Of a stretch of 64,000 nucleotides of DNA, positions 41,085-61,569 are shown piece after piece. The notes beneath the pieces were generated by a model. The model searched no databases. It was given only the letters and a program-made list of their open reading frames with translations, and was not told where the DNA came from. A program made the position numbers and the translations under genes. The stretch's first letter is position 1; each line of letters opens with the position of its first letter. The stretch lies in NCBI RefSeq assembly GCF_003790525.1, contig NZ_CP033635.1; one strand, written 5' to 3'. The DNA comes from Escherichia coli (GTDB lineage Bacteria; Pseudomonadota; Gammaproteobacteria; Enterobacterales; Enterobacteriaceae).

Positions 41085-42350
41085 TTACTTCAGCATAAAG
41101 TCATACTGAATACTCATTTTCACATCCCAGTAATTCAGGCGATCGCCCAGCGTACTGCCATCGCGCTTTTCCCGCCCTTTATCGGCAGCAAGAAAGAAAT
41201 TCATCCCTTGTAACGGCCCTTCGCTGACCCGATAGTTCATACCCCCTAAGATACCCGCGCCTTCAATCCGCACATCTCGTTTACTGGATTCATAGCCGCG
41301 GGTCACAATCGGTGCAAATGTCAGCGTAAATTGCGGAGTTAAACGATAGTTGACGCCCAATTGCCAGGACTGCATTCCTTCACGGTTACGATCAAGACTT
41401 AATGAAAAGGGATAGCCAATGTCGGTGTCCACCACGGCACCATTCATTGCATGGCGCAAATAACCACCACTGCCAAATACGCTTCCCCACGGCGCATTCC
41501 AGGTCAATTGTCCACTAACCAACGCCGTTTCATTGGGCTGGCTGGTATTACGACTTAAACCTTCGAGTTGCGCGTAAAAGCCGAGCAACTCCCCTTTCAA
41601 CGTATAATTCGGGTCGAGCGGTATGCTTTTCTCGAGAATACTTTGTAACTGATTGGAAACATCTTTCTGTACCGATGCCCCCAGAGAATAGCGACTGGTA
41701 TCATCATGCCAACTGGCGGCTAAAAAAGAACGTGCGCGATGTTTATCGTATTTTCCCGTCTGGCTGTTATACACCCCTTCATCACGAATACCGGTTGTTG
41801 AATCGGTCCATAAAAATACTCGTGAACGCCACATTCCCCACAGATCAATATTTGGCGTTAAAGCCCAATAACCTAATGCTCCTTCAGAAACTGTCGGTAA
41901 TGTACGTTGCGAACTGCCAGCCATTAACGGAATACGATAAGGTAAGCTACCATAACTATAATCCGTCCCGAAGCGACCTAATTTAAGCAGACTACTTTCA
42001 CTGGGTTTTATTTTTACTGCCCCCAGGGCAAAGCCAAAACTTTTATCACCATCAAGATACCACCGGGTACTCATATCAGCACGAGCACCTAATTTATAAA
42101 CATAATACGCCCCGCCTTCAACGCCAATAATATTGGAATAGTAACCACTATTGAAATCGAGCAATCCTCCCTGTACCCATGCGTAAATATCTCTTCCCGC
42201 GCCAGCACTGGGCTTATCAGCCCTGCGTAATTCATTTTTCAGTCTGATGCGTAGTCCCGCTTCATCGTCAGCCAGTTGCGCCGCATAAGCAGAGGTAAGG
42301 CCAGAGGCAGCCGTCAGGCAAATAACGGCCATGGCCACTATTTTTCTCAT
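41085..42350 (-). CDS. uidC: Outer-membrane glucuronide porin
   Basis: 421 aa with a signal peptide and beta-barrel pattern ending in an aromatic residue. Confidence 0.9.
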   Translation of the reverse strand: MRKIVAMAVICLTAASGLTSAYAAQLADDEAGLRIRLKNELRRADKPSAGAGRDIYAWVQGGLLDFNSGYYSNIIGVEGGAYYVYKLGARADMSTRWYLDGDKSFGFALGAVKIKPSESSLLKLGRFGTDYSYGSLPYRIPLMAGSSQRTLPTVSEGALGYWALTPNIDLWGMWRSRVFLWTDSTTGIRDEGVYNSQTGKYDKHRARSFLAASWHDDTSRYSLGASVQKDVSNQLQSILEKSIPLDPNYTLKGELLGFYAQLEGLSRNTSQPNETALVSGQLTWNAPWGSVFGSGGYLRHAMNGAVVDTDIGYPFSLSLDRNREGMQSWQLGVNYRLTPQFTLTFAPIVTRGYESSKRDVRIEGAGILGGMNYRVSEGPLQGMNFFLAADKGREKRDGSTLGDRLNYWDVKMSIQYDFMLK

Positions 42351-42388
42351 AGTTGCACCTTTGATGTTCTGATTATTTTTATTGAATA

Positions 42389-45621
<3,233 letters not shown>

Positions 45622-45959
45622 TTAACCAATTCTGTGTTGCACACAGTTATCTGTGAGAAACCCACGGAAGAGAAATGGAAATAAAAAGAACTGACACCGC
45701 GATCAAAAAACCAAAAACTGCAATACCCACAGCGTGATATTGATCGCATTAATCTTTAAAACAGCGTTGACAGAAGCCACAAAATAAGCAATCGAACGTT
45801 CGTTCGAACATATTGGGAACGATAAACCCTCATGATATATTGCTACGATGAATATTTAGGTGGGATTCTCCGATCCCGGGGAGGATGATTTTTGCACAGA
45901 GAAATTACGATATGAAACGCGGGCTCAGTTGTCACCAGCCCGCGGAAAGAGAGAGAGGA

Positions 45960-46547
45960 TCAGGATGCGGTTAATATACCGCCAATCATCGCGCGTAATC
46001 CCTGAGCAAACGACGCTTCACGCGCCAGATCTTCCGCTTCGATATCGGCCAGTACACCGTAGGTCAGATCCAGCAGTAAACGTGAAGTCATTGCCGTGTT
46101 GATATCTGGGCTTATCTCGCCTTTTTGCTGGGCATCACGCATCCGCTGGGCAACAAATTCCGTGATCGTCATATGCTTATTTTTAAGCATGGCGGCGACC
46201 TGTGGGTTACGCATCCCTTCCGCCATAATTTCGACCACCAGCGCCCGTTGCCCAAAGGCTTCATGGGTGAGAGAGACAATAGACTCGACCATATAGTCAA
46301 CGAAATGAATCCCTTCAATCGGTTCCCGGAAACGGGCCAGCGCCCTCTCCTGGTCCTGTAAGATAATCGCCTGAATCAGGGCTTCTTTGGAGATGAAATG
46401 GTGATAGAGCGTCCCGGGACTAATGGCGCAAGATTTACAGATGGCTTTCATCGAGGCACTGTGAAATCCATTTTCTGAAAAAATCTCTCTGGCAGCATTG
46501 AGGATCCGGGTCCGTGTCGGTTGTGCTTCAGTTTGCATGTTATCCAT
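45960..46547 (-). CDS. uidR: TetR-family repressor of the uid operon
   Basis: 195 aa. The K-12 protein as I recall it has one extra N-terminal Met; here that codon is ACG. Confidence 0.9.
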   Translation of the reverse strand: MDNMQTEAQPTRTRILNAAREIFSENGFHSASMKAICKSCAISPGTLYHHFISKEALIQAIILQDQERALARFREPIEGIHFVDYMVESIVSLTHEAFGQRALVVEIMAEGMRNPQVAAMLKNKHMTITEFVAQRMRDAQQKGEISPDINTAMTSRLLLDLTYGVLADIEAEDLAREASFAQGLRAMIGGILTAS

Positions 46548-46777
46548 CGTTAACCAATATAGTTAGCATGAATAACTAGTTTACCGCGTTGTCCGGTGAG
46601 CGCCTATCATTGCTGTTGAATAGTGCGAAGGCACACTCAATTCGTAAGCTTTTTATCCAGATATTGGTTAACCAATAGCCGTGATTTGGCTGCCAGTTGT
46701 TTAGCAGAGACGTTGATGAGTTGCACACGCTATCCCGGTAAACAACACATACGGCTGTTTACCGGTTCGTTAGTGTA

Positions 46778-47545
46778 TTAATTGAGCTCCTGTACCCCAC
46801 CACCGGAGACGGTGAGAATTTGTCCGCTTACCCAGCTGGCTGCAGGCGAGCAAAGGAACAGCGCCGCGTTAGCTATATCTTGCGGTTGGCCCAGACGTCT
46901 GATTGGTGTGTGTTGCAACATTTTCTGTTCAATTTCTGGTGTAATAACGGATTTCAGGGCATCGGTTAATATTGCCCCCGGCGCAATGCCATTCACCCGA
47001 ATATTTTTTTCACCAAGGTCAAACGCCATATTTCTGACCAGATGACTGGCCGCAGCTTTAGATGATGCATAGGAGGTCATGTTTATATTTTTATTTTCTG
47101 CCGCCATAGAAGTAATGGTCAAAATAACGCCACCGCCATTTTTTTCCATTTCTGGCGCAACAAGTTGTGACAGATGGAAAAAAGAAAATACATTCAGTTC
47201 ATAAGCGCGGCGAAAATCTGCCATTGGCATATCAAACGGTTTAGGACCACCGCCACCGGCGTTGTTAACCAGGATATCAACTTTACCCAACTTACTGACG
47301 GCAAAGTCTGCCAGTGCAGAGAGTTCCTGTTCGGAAGTAATATCGCAGCGGCAGGCAAATGCCTGACCACCCAGTTGTTGAATTTCATTTACAACATGAT
47401 TAGCTGCATCGGCATTAATATCACTGACCACCACAGATGCGCCAGCTGTCGCGAATGTAATGGCAATTTCTTTACCAATACCTGCACCCGCACCTGTGAT
47501 GATGGCGCATTTTCCGTCGAGTCTCAGGTTGTCAGAATTAAACAC
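46778..47545 (-). CDS. hdhA: 7-alpha-hydroxysteroid dehydrogenase (SDR)
   Basis: 255 aa with TGAGAGIG and YASSKAA motifs. Confidence 0.95.
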   Translation of the reverse strand: MFNSDNLRLDGKCAIITGAGAGIGKEIAITFATAGASVVVSDINADAANHVVNEIQQLGGQAFACRCDITSEQELSALADFAVSKLGKVDILVNNAGGGGPKPFDMPMADFRRAYELNVFSFFHLSQLVAPEMEKNGGGVILTITSMAAENKNINMTSYASSKAAASHLVRNMAFDLGEKNIRVNGIAPGAILTDALKSVITPEIEQKMLQHTPIRRLGQPQDIANAALFLCSPAASWVSGQILTVSGGGVQELN

Positions 47546-47656
47546 ATAAACCTCCTGTGAACTTCAGTAAAAATAAAAGGCACCGCCTGTGTGCCACATT
47601 TTTTATCATTAACCTTGAGGAAAGGACTCTACCAGGTATAGCAGATAAAGAGAGGA

Positions 47657-50452
<2,796 letters not shown>

Positions 50453-50461
50453 GGATAAGAT

Positions 50462-51634
50462 ATGTTCGATTTTTCAAAGGTCGTGGATCGTCATGGCACA
50501 TGGTGTACGCAGTGGGATTATGTCGCCGACCGTTTCGGCACTGCTGACCTGTTACCGTTCACGATTTCAGACATGGATTTTGCCACTGCCCCCTGCATTA
50601 TCGAGGCGCTGAATCAGCGTCTGATGCACGGCGTGTTTGGCTACAGCCGCTGGAAAAACGATGAGTTTCTCGCGGCTATTGCCCACTGGTTTTCCACCCA
50701 GCATTACACCGCCATCGATCCCCAGTCGGTGGTGTATGGCCCTTCTGTCATCTATATGGTTTCAGAACTGATTCGTCAGTGGTCTGAAACAGGTGAAGGC
50801 GTGGTGATCCACACACCCGCCTATGACGCATTTTACAAGGCCATTGAAGGTAACCAGCGCACAGTAATACCCGTTGCTTTAGAGAAGCAGGCTGACGGCT
50901 GGTTTTGCGATATGGGCAAGCTGGAAGCCGTGCTGGCGAAACCAGAATGTAAAATTATGCTCCTGTGTAGCCCACAGAATCCTACCGGGAAAGTGTGGAC
51001 GTGCGATGAGCTGGAGATCATGGCTGACCTGTGCGAGCGTCATGGTGTGCGGGTTATTTCCGATGAAATCCATATGGATATGGTTTGGGGCGAGCAGCCG
51101 CATATTCCATGGTGTAATGTGGCGCGCGGAGACTGGGCGTTGCTAACGTCGGGATCAAAAAGTTTCAATATTCCCGCCCTGACCGGTGCTTACGGGATTA
51201 TAGAAAATAGCAGTAGCCGCGATGCCTATTTATCGGCACTGAAAGGACGTGATGGGCTTTCTTCCCCTTCGGTACTGGCGTTAACTGCTCATATCGCCGC
51301 CTATCAGCAAGGCGCGCCGTGGCTGGATGCCTTACGCGTCTATCTGAAAGATAACCTGACGTATATCGCAGATAAAATGAACGCTGCGTTTCCTGAACTC
51401 AACTGGCAGATCCCGCAATCCACTTATCTGGCCTGGCTTGATCTACGTCCATTGAACATTGACGACAACGCGTTGCAAAAAGCGCTTATCGAGCAAGAAA
51501 AGGTCGCGATCATGCCGGGATATACCTACGGTGAAGAAGGTCGTGGTTTTGTCCGACTCAATGCCGGGTGCCCGCGTTCGAAACTGGAAAAAGGTGTTGC
51601 TGGATTAATTAACGCCATCCGCGCTGTTCGTTAA
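50462..51634 (+). CDS. malY: PLP-dependent cystathionine beta-lyase / MalT antagonist
   Basis: 390 aa with the SGSKSFN PLP-lysine motif. Confidence 0.95.
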   Translation: MFDFSKVVDRHGTWCTQWDYVADRFGTADLLPFTISDMDFATAPCIIEALNQRLMHGVFGYSRWKNDEFLAAIAHWFSTQHYTAIDPQSVVYGPSVIYMVSELIRQWSETGEGVVIHTPAYDAFYKAIEGNQRTVIPVALEKQADGWFCDMGKLEAVLAKPECKIMLLCSPQNPTGKVWTCDELEIMADLCERHGVRVISDEIHMDMVWGEQPHIPWCNVARGDWALLTSGSKSFNIPALTGAYGIIENSSSRDAYLSALKGRDGLSSPSVLALTAHIAAYQQGAPWLDALRVYLKDNLTYIADKMNAAFPELNWQIPQSTYLAWLDLRPLNIDDNALQKALIEQEKVAIMPGYTYGEEGRGFVRLNAGCPRSKLEKGVAGLINAIRAVR

Positions 51635-51639
51635 CCCCA

Positions 51640-51669
51640 ATTGCGCAACGTAAAAAATCGTTGCGCAAT
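51640..51669 (+). terminator. Hairpin after malY
   Basis: ATTGCGCAACG-taaaaaat-CGTTGCGCAAT, with a T-run 7 nt later. Confidence 0.5.
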
Positions 51670-51737
51670 CGTGGATTTTTACCCTGCTTTGTTTTTATAA
51701 TGGTGCGCACTTTTATATCCAGAAAAAGAGTGCGACC

Positions 51738-52739
51738 ATGATTGATACCACCCTGCCATTAACTGATATCCATCGCCACCTTGATGGCAACATTCGTCCC
51801 CAGACCATTCTTGAACTTGGCCGCCGGTATAATATCTCGCTTCCTGCACAATCCCTGGAAACACTGATTCCCCACGTTCAGGTCATTGCCAACGAACCCG
51901 ATCTTGTGAGCTTTCTGACCAAACTTGACTGGGGCGTTAAAGTTCTCGCCTCTCTTGATGCCTGTCGCCGCGTGGCATTTGAAAACATTGAAGATGCAGC
52001 CCGTAACGGCCTGCACTATGTCGAGCTGCGTTTTTCACCGGGCTACATGGCAATGGCACATCAGCTGCCTGTAGCGGGTGTTGTCGAAGCGGTGATCGAT
52101 GGCGTACGTGAAGGTTGCCGCACCTTTGGTGTGCAGGCGAAGCTTATCGGCATTATGAGCCGGACCTTCGGTGAAGCCGCCTGTCAGCAAGAGCTGGAGG
52201 CCTTTTTAGCCCACCGTGACCAGATTACCGCACTTGATTTAGCCGGTGATGAACTTGGTTTCCCGGGAAGTCTGTTCCTTTCTCACTTCAACCGCGCGCG
52301 TGATGCGGACTGGCATATTACCGTCCATGCAGGCGAAGCTGCCGGGCCGGAAAGCATCTGGCAGGCGATTCGTGAACTGGGGGCGGAACGTATTGGACAT
52401 GGCGTAAAAGCCATTGAAGATCGGGCGCTGATGGATTTTCTCGCCGAGCAGCAAATTGGTATTGAATCCTGTCTGACCTCCAATATTCAGACCAGCACCG
52501 TGGCAGAGCTGGCGGCACATCCGCTGAAAATGTTCCTTGAGCATGGCATTCGTGCCAGCATTAACACTGACGATCCCGGCGTACAGGGAGTGGATATCAT
52601 TCACGAATATACCGTTGCCGCGCCGGCTGCTGGGTTATCCCGCGAGCAAATCCGCCAGGCGCAGATTAATGGTCTGGAAATGGCTTTCCTCAGCGCAGAG
52701 GAAAAACGCGCACTGCGAGAAAAAGTCGCTGCGAAGTAA
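51738..52739 (+). CDS. add: Adenosine deaminase
   Basis: 333 aa with the [10 protein letters not shown] metal-binding motif. Confidence 0.95.
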   Translation: MIDTTLPLTDIHRHLDGNIRPQTILELGRRYNISLPAQSLETLIPHVQVIANEPDLVSFLTKLDWGVKVLASLDACRRVAFENIEDAARNGLHYVELRFSPGYMAMAHQLPVAGVVEAVIDGVREGCRTFGVQAKLIGIMSRTFGEAACQQELEAFLAHRDQITALDLAGDELGFPGSLFLSHFNRARDADWHITVHAGEAAGPESIWQAIRELGAERIGHGVKAIEDRALMDFLAEQQIGIESCLTSNIQTSTVAELAAHPLKMFLEHGIRASINTDDPGVQGVDIIHEYTVAAPAAGLSREQIRQAQINGLEMAFLSAEEKRALREKVAAK

Positions 52740-52746
52740 CAAAAAT

Positions 52747-52775
52747 GGATGGTGCTAATTGCACCATCCTCTTTT
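52747..52775. terminator. Terminator between convergent add and ydgJ
   Basis: GGATGGTGC-taatt-GCACCATCC followed by TCTTTT. Confidence 0.7.
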
Positions 52776-53815
52776 CACGCAAGGCACAGCGTCGCGCGAT
52801 GTTTGGCGGATTCGATGCCCTGCTCAATCAACTCCATTACCTGGATTGCCTGACTTGCCGGAACCGGATTTTCACCATCGCCATTTAACGCATCACGAAT
52901 AGCCGCATAGTAAGCCGGATAATTCCCTGGTACTGTCAACAGCGTTTCTTCGACACGTTCCTCACCTTCCACGCGGGTAAGTACGCCATCACGCATATCG
53001 TAGCCCCAGTCTTCCTGCGGCAGACGCTCGCCATTTTTCAGACGTTCTTCCTGTGGATCGAGGCCATATTTCACATAACTGCCTCGGGATCCATGCACGA
53101 TATAACGTGCTGACTCAGCAGCTGCCAGCATGGTACCGTGTAAAATGACTCGCCGCTGCGGATAGGACAAGATGGCGTGGAAATAATCGGTCGACTGCGC
53201 TCCGGGCCGTAACTGTGCCAAATCAACCGTCATGCTGACCGGTAAACCAAATAGCGTAATGGCCTGATCAAGAAGATGCGGTGCTAAATCGTACCAGATA
53301 CCGCTGCCAGGACCGCCCTGTTCACGCCAACGATCGCGCACCTGCGGACGGAAGCGGTCAAAATGAGACTCAAAGTAAGCAACTTCACCCAGTACGCCTT
53401 CCACGAGCAAACCTTTTAGCGTCAGGAAATCGCTATCCCAGCGACGGTTATGGAATACAGACAGCACACGCCCCAGGCTTTTTGCCAGCGCTTCCAGCTC
53501 TCGCGCTTGTGACAGTGTCACGGTAAAGGGTTTATCAACGACCACATGTTTACCCGCCTCAAGCGCCGCTTTGGCTAACGGGAAATGGGTATCGTTGGGT
53601 GTAGGAATGACAATCAGGTCTATGTTGGGATCGTTAAACAGATGCTTCGGCTCAGAGACAACCGCAACCGTTGGCCAGTCGGCTTTTACTTTTGTTTCAT
53701 CGCTGCTGGAGATTACCGCCAGTTCCAGCCCGGGCGTGCCCGCAATCAGGGGCGCATGGAAGGTTTTGCTCGCATAACCATACCCAATCAACCCAACACG
53801 GATGTTGTCGCTCAT
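52775..53815 (-). CDS. ydgJ: Gfo/Idh/MocA-family oxidoreductase
   Basis: 346 aa from MSDNIRVGLIGYGYASK. Track ORF has a 13-codon extension. Confidence 0.9.
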   Translation of the reverse strand: MSDNIRVGLIGYGYASKTFHAPLIAGTPGLELAVISSSDETKVKADWPTVAVVSEPKHLFNDPNIDLIVIPTPNDTHFPLAKAALEAGKHVVVDKPFTVTLSQARELEALAKSLGRVLSVFHNRRWDSDFLTLKGLLVEGVLGEVAYFESHFDRFRPQVRDRWREQGGPGSGIWYDLAPHLLDQAITLFGLPVSMTVDLAQLRPGAQSTDYFHAILSYPQRRVILHGTMLAAAESARYIVHGSRGSYVKYGLDPQEERLKNGERLPQEDWGYDMRDGVLTRVEGEERVEETLLTVPGNYPAYYAAIRDALNGDGENPVPASQAIQVMELIEQGIESAKHRATLCLA

Positions 53816-54057
53816 GTCATTGCCTCTCATTGAAGTATGATGGCTATTTGACACTATCCTTTACCCTCGCTCAACAGTTTAATAACCTGCCAGCAATAAG
53901 GGATGTTGTTTAACTTAAGTCAAAAAAATAGCGAATTTTCCAACGACAAAAGCTAAATATCGCAAAAACCTCAGTAAAAATCTTGCTGGAGCTATTATTG
54001 CTAAGTAACATTTACCCCCTGAAGTTAATGGATCAATCAACAGAGATGTGGGCTGTA

Positions 54058-54183
54058 ATGAATCGTCTTATTGAATTAACAGGTTGGATCGTTCTTGTCG
54101 TTTCAGTCATTCTTCTTGGCGTGGCGAGTCACATTGACAACTATCAGCCACCTGAACAGAGTACTACGGTACAACACAAGTAA
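54058..54183 (+). CDS. blr: 41-aa divisome-associated membrane protein (beta-lactam resistance)
   Basis: MNRLIELTGWIVLVVSVILLGVASHIDNYQPPEQS..VQHK matches remembered Blr. Confidence 0.8.
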   Translation: MNRLIELTGWIVLVVSVILLGVASHIDNYQPPEQSTTVQHK

Positions 54184-54455
54184 GCTCTGCGCTTGTAGAG
54201 CGACATGCTGCCCGTCCGGGTGCATGTTTTCACTTGTCGGATATTAAACCAGGAATTTATTATCTTGTTCGATGTTGTTGGTGATTGTCAGGGATAGTAA
54301 AGCGCGTTACTCTTTTCAGAGCAGTTTTTCATCTCTGAATATTTGCCATCAGCGCATTCTTATTATTGTAATAACACACGCGTTCACTTTTGGTGAAATT
54401 TTATCATCACTAATAATACCTACTCCTTTGGTATTAATTATTTTATGGACCTTTT

Positions 54456-54671
54456 ATGACTGTTCAGGACTACTTATTAAAATTTCGCAAAATCAGTTCA
54501 CTCGAAAGTCTGGAAAAACTCTACGACCATCTTAATTACACTCTGACGGATGATCAGGAACTGATCAATATGTATCGTGCTGCCGATCACCGCCGCGCAG
54601 AGCTGGTTTCTGGCGGGCGTTTGTTTGACCTCGGCCAGGTACCGAAGTCCGTCTGGCACTATGTCCAGTAA
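54456..54671 (+). CDS. cnu: Hha-family H-NS-binding nucleoid-associated protein
   Basis: 71 aa starting [26 protein letters not shown]. Confidence 0.95.
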
Positions 54672-54756
54672 AGAAAGTAGCGATCGGTTATAAAAGCCTT
54701 ATAATAACGCCCCTAAAATTAGATTTGCCTGTTTGCGTCGCTATTCTGGAGAACCT

Positions 54757-55197
54757 ATGACCACCACAACGCCACAACGTATTGGAGGCTGGTTGCTTGG
54801 CCCATTGGCCTGGCTTTTAGTCGCTCTGTTAAGTACGACGCTGGCGTTGTTGCTGTATACCGCTGCGTTATCTTCTCCGCAAACATTTCAAACGCTCGGC
54901 GGACAAGCACTGACGACACAAATCTTATGGGGCGTTTCTTTTATTACCGCTATCGCCATGTGGTATTACACACTGTGGTTGACCATCGCTTTCTTTAAAC
55001 GTCGGCGTTGTGTTCCTAAACACTATATTATCTGGCTGCTTATTTCCGTATTGCTGGCAGTAAAAGCGTTCGCTTTTTCACCCGTAGAAGATGGCATAGC
55101 CGTTCGCCAGTTGCTGTTTACTTTGTTGGCAACCGCATTGATCGTCCCCTATTTCAAACGCTCGTCGCGGGTGAAAGCGACGTTTGTGAATCCGTAA
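54757..55197 (+). CDS. ydgK: DUF2569 inner-membrane protein
   Basis: 146 aa from MTTTTPQRIGGWLLGPL. Confidence 0.9.
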   Translation: MTTTTPQRIGGWLLGPLAWLLVALLSTTLALLLYTAALSSPQTFQTLGGQALTTQILWGVSFITAIAMWYYTLWLTIAFFKRRRCVPKHYIIWLLISVLLAVKAFAFSPVEDGIAVRQLLFTLLATALIVPYFKRSSRVKATFVNP

Positions 55198-55273
55198 TAA
55201 CCTTACAGTTAACCTGTTGTCGCCTGCTCTGGATTAACGGATAATAGGCGGCTTTTTTATTTCAGGCCGAAAA

Positions 55274-55854
55274 ATGACTGACTACCTGTTACTGTTTGTC
55301 GGAACTGTACTGGTCAATAACTTTGTACTGGTCAAGTTTCTCGGTCTCTGTCCGTTTATGGGGGTTTCCAAAAAGCTGGAAACCGCGATGGGCATGGGGC
55401 TGGCAACAACGTTTGTAATGACGCTGGCGTCTATTTGCGCCTGGCTTATCGATACGTGGATTTTGATCCCGCTTAATCTGATTTACCTGCGCACCCTGGC
55501 GTTTATTCTGGTGATTGCTGTGGTTGTGCAGTTCACCGAGATGGTGGTGCGCAAAACCAGCCCGGTGCTTTACCGTCTGCTGGGGATTTTTTTGCCGCTT
55601 ATCACCACCAATTGTGCAGTGCTCGGCGTGGCGTTGCTGAATATCAATCTCGGGCACAATTTCTTGCAGTCGGCGCTGTACGGTTTTTCCGCCGCTGTCG
55701 GTTTCTCGCTGGTGATGGTGCTCTTCGCCGCCATCCGCGAACGCCTCGCTGTGGCTGATGTCCCGGCACCTTTTCGCGGTAATGCCATTGCGTTAATTAC
55801 CGCAGGTCTTATGTCTCTGGCCTTTATGGGCTTTAGTGGTTTGGTGAAGTTGTA

Positions 55855-55855
<1 letters not shown>
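55274..55855 (+). CDS. rsxA: SoxR-reducing / Rnf-type electron transport complex subunit A
   Basis: 193 aa, polytopic. Confidence 0.95.
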
Positions 55856-58552
<2,697 letters not shown>

Positions 58553-59611
58553 ATGGTATTCAGAATAGCTAGCTCCCCTTATACCCATAACCAGCGCCAG
58601 ACATCGCGCATTATGCTGTTGGTGTTGCTCGCAGCCGTGCCAGGAATCGCAGCGCAACTGTGGTTTTTTGGTTGGGGTACTCTCGTTCAGATCCTGTTGG
58701 CGTCGGTCAGTGCTCTGTTAGCCGAAGCTCTCGTACTCAAACTACGCAAGCAGTCGGTAGCCGCAACGTTGAAAGATAACTCAGCATTGCTGACAGGCTT
58801 ATTGCTGGCGGTAAGTATTCCCCCCCTCGCGCCATGGTGGATGGTCGTGCTGGGTACGGTGTTTGCGGTGATCATCGCTAAACAATTGTATGGCGGTCTG
58901 GGGCAAAACCCGTTTAATCCGGCAATGATTGGTTATGTGGTCTTACTGATCTCCTTCCCGGTGCAGATGACCAGCTGGTTACCGCCACATGAAATTGCGG
59001 TCAACATCCCTGGTTTTATCGACGCCATACAGGTTATTTTCAGCGGACATATCACCAGTGGTGGTGATATGAACACGCTACGCTTAGGTATTGATGGCAT
59101 TAGTCAGGCGACACCGCTGGATACATTTAAAACCTCTGTCCGTGCCGGTCATTCGGTTGAACAGATTATGCAATATCCGATCTACAGCGGTATGCTGGCG
59201 GGCGTTGGTTGGCAATGGGTAAATCTCGCCTGGCTGGCTGGCGGCGTATGGTTGCTGTGGCAGAAAGCGATTCGCTGGCATATTCCCCTCAGCTTCTTAG
59301 TAACGCTGGCGTTATGCGCAACGTTGGGCTGGTTGTTCTCACCAGAAACACTGGCAGCACCGCAAATTCATCTGCTGTCTGGAGCGACCATGCTCGGCGC
59401 ATTCTTTATTTTGACTGACCCGGTTACCGCTTCTACGACCAATCGTGGTCGTCTTATTTTCGGCGCGCTGGCGGGCTTATTAGTCTGGTTGATCCGCAGT
59501 TTCGGCGGCTATCCTGACGGCGTGGCTTTTGCCGTCCTGCTGGCGAACATCACGGTTCCTCTGATCGATTACTACACGCGTCCGCGCGTCTACGGCCATC
59601 GCAAAGGGTAA
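58553..59611 (+). CDS. rsxD: Rnf-type complex subunit D
   Basis: 352 aa, polytopic. Confidence 0.95.
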   Translation: MVFRIASSPYTHNQRQTSRIMLLVLLAAVPGIAAQLWFFGWGTLVQILLASVSALLAEALVLKLRKQSVAATLKDNSALLTGLLLAVSIPPLAPWWMVVLGTVFAVIIAKQLYGGLGQNPFNPAMIGYVVLLISFPVQMTSWLPPHEIAVNIPGFIDAIQVIFSGHITSGGDMNTLRLGIDGISQATPLDTFKTSVRAGHSVEQIMQYPIYSGMLAGVGWQWVNLAWLAGGVWLLWQKAIRWHIPLSFLVTLALCATLGWLFSPETLAAPQIHLLSGATMLGAFFILTDPVTASTTNRGRLIFGALAGLLVWLIRSFGGYPDGVAFAVLLANITVPLIDYYTRPRVYGHRKG

Positions 59612-59614
59612 ACC

Positions 59615-60235
59615 ATGCTGAAAACTATCCGAAAACACGGCATTACACTGGCACTATTTGCAGCGGGTTCAACAGGGTTAACTGCGGCCATCAACCAGAT
59701 GACCAAAACGACGATTGCTGAACAGGCCAGTCTGCAACAAAAGGCGTTATTTGATCAGGTGCTGCCAGCCGAACGCTATAACAATGCGCTGGCACAGAGT
59801 TGCTATCTGGTCACTGCGCCAGAGTTAGGTAAAGGTGAGCATCGGGTTTACATCGCCAAACAGGATGACAAACCGGTAGCCGCCGTTCTGGAAACAACCG
59901 CGCCAGATGGCTATTCCGGTGCGATTCAGCTGCTGGTGGGAGCCGATTTTAACGGCACGGTACTTGGCACGCGCGTGACAGAGCACCACGAAACGCCAGG
60001 GCTTGGCGATAAAATCGAACTGCGCCTTTCTGACTGGATCACCCATTTTGCGGGTAAAAAAATCAGTGGTGCGGATGATGCGCACTGGGCGGTGAAGAAA
60101 GATGGTGGTGATTTCGACCAGTTCACCGGCGCGACGATTACTCCCCGCGCGGTGGTTAATGCGGTAAAACGCGCCGGATTGTACGCTCAGACGTTACCGT
60201 CACAACTTTCTCAACTTCCTGCCTGTGGAGAATAA
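59615..60235 (+). CDS. rsxG: Rnf-type complex subunit G (FMN-binding)
   Basis: 206 aa. Confidence 0.95.
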   Translation: MLKTIRKHGITLALFAAGSTGLTAAINQMTKTTIAEQASLQQKALFDQVLPAERYNNALAQSCYLVTAPELGKGEHRVYIAKQDDKPVAAVLETTAPDGYSGAIQLLVGADFNGTVLGTRVTEHHETPGLGDKIELRLSDWITHFAGKKISGADDAHWAVKKDGGDFDQFTGATITPRAVVNAVKRAGLYAQTLPSQLSQLPACGE

Positions 60236-60238
60236 AGC

Positions 60239-60934
60239 GTGAGCGAAATTAAAGACGTTATTGTTCAGGGGTTGTGGAAAAACAACTCTGCGCTGGTCCA
60301 GCTGCTCGGCCTCTGTCCGCTATTGGCGGTCACGTCCACTGCCACTAACGCTCTGGGTTTAGGACTTGCGACTACGCTGGTACTGACGCTGACCAACTTG
60401 ACCATTTCGACGCTGCGTCACTGGACGCCAGCCGAGATCCGCATTCCCATTTACGTGATGATCATCGCCTCGGTGGTCAGCGCTGTACAGATGCTGATCA
60501 ACGCCTACGCCTTTGGCCTGTATCAATCATTAGGGATTTTTATTCCGCTGATTGTCACTAACTGTATCGTTGTGGGCCGCGCTGAAGCCTTCGCCGCCAA
60601 AAAAGGTCCGGCGCTTTCGGCACTGGACGGCTTTTCAATTGGTATGGGCGCAACCTGCGCCATGTGCGTGCTGGGTTCACTACGCGAAATTATCGGCAAT
60701 GGCACGTTGTTTGACGGTGCAGATGCGCTGTTAGGTAGCTGGGCAAAAGTATTACGCGTGGAAATTTTCCACACCGACTCCCCTTTCCTGCTGGCGATGC
60801 TGCCACCAGGTGCATTTATTGGCCTGGGACTGATGCTGGCAGGGAAATACCTGATTGATGAAAGAATGAAAAAGCGCCGTACTGAAGCAGCTGCCGAACG
60901 TGCATTGCCAAACGGTGAAACAGGGAATGTCTGA
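60239..60934 (+). CDS. rsxE: Rnf-type complex subunit E
   Basis: 231 aa, GTG start. Confidence 0.95.
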   Translation: MSEIKDVIVQGLWKNNSALVQLLGLCPLLAVTSTATNALGLGLATTLVLTLTNLTISTLRHWTPAEIRIPIYVMIIASVVSAVQMLINAYAFGLYQSLGIFIPLIVTNCIVVGRAEAFAAKKGPALSALDGFSIGMGATCAMCVLGSLREIIGNGTLFDGADALLGSWAKVLRVEIFHTDSPFLLAMLPPGAFIGLGLMLAGKYLIDERMKKRRTEAAAERALPNGETGNV

Positions 60935-61569
60935 TGAACAAAGCAAAACGCCTGGAGATCCTCACTCGCCTGCGTGAGAACAATCCTCATCCCACCACCG
61001 AGCTTAATTTCAGTTCGCCTTTTGAATTGCTGATTGCCGTACTGCTTTCCGCTCAGGCGACCGATGTCAGTGTTAATAAGGCGACGGCGAAACTCTACCC
61101 GGTGGCTAATACACCTGCAGCGATGCTTGAACTGGGCGTCGAAGGGGTGAAAACCTATATCAAAACCATTGGGCTTTATAACAGCAAAGCAGAAAATATC
61201 ATCAAAACCTGCCGTATCTTACTGGAACAGCATAATGGCGAGGTTCCGGAAGATCGTGCTGCGCTTGAAGCCCTGCCTGGTGTAGGTCGTAAAACAGCCA
61301 ACGTCGTATTAAACACTGCATTCGGCTGGCCGACTATTGCTGTCGACACGCACATTTTCCGCGTTTGTAATCGTACTCAATTTGCGCCGGGGAAAAACGT
61401 CGAACAGGTAGAAGAAAAGCTACTGAAAGTGGTTCCGGCAGAGTTTAAAGTCGACTGCCACCATTGGTTGATCCTCCACGGGCGATATACCTGCATTGCC
61501 CGCAAGCCCCGCTGTGGCTCTTGTATTATTGAAGATCTTTGTGAATACAAAGAGAAAGTTGACATCTGA
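60934..61569 (+). CDS. nth: Endonuclease III (DNA glycosylase/AP lyase)
   Basis: 211 aa with HhH-GPD and the C-terminal CX6CX2CX5C cluster. Confidence 0.95.
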   Translation: MNKAKRLEILTRLRENNPHPTTELNFSSPFELLIAVLLSAQATDVSVNKATAKLYPVANTPAAMLELGVEGVKTYIKTIGLYNSKAENIIKTCRILLEQHNGEVPEDRAALEALPGVGRKTANVVLNTAFGWPTIAVDTHIFRVCNRTQFAPGKNVEQVEEKLLKVVPAEFKVDCHHWLILHGRYTCIARKPRCGSCIIEDLCEYKEKVDI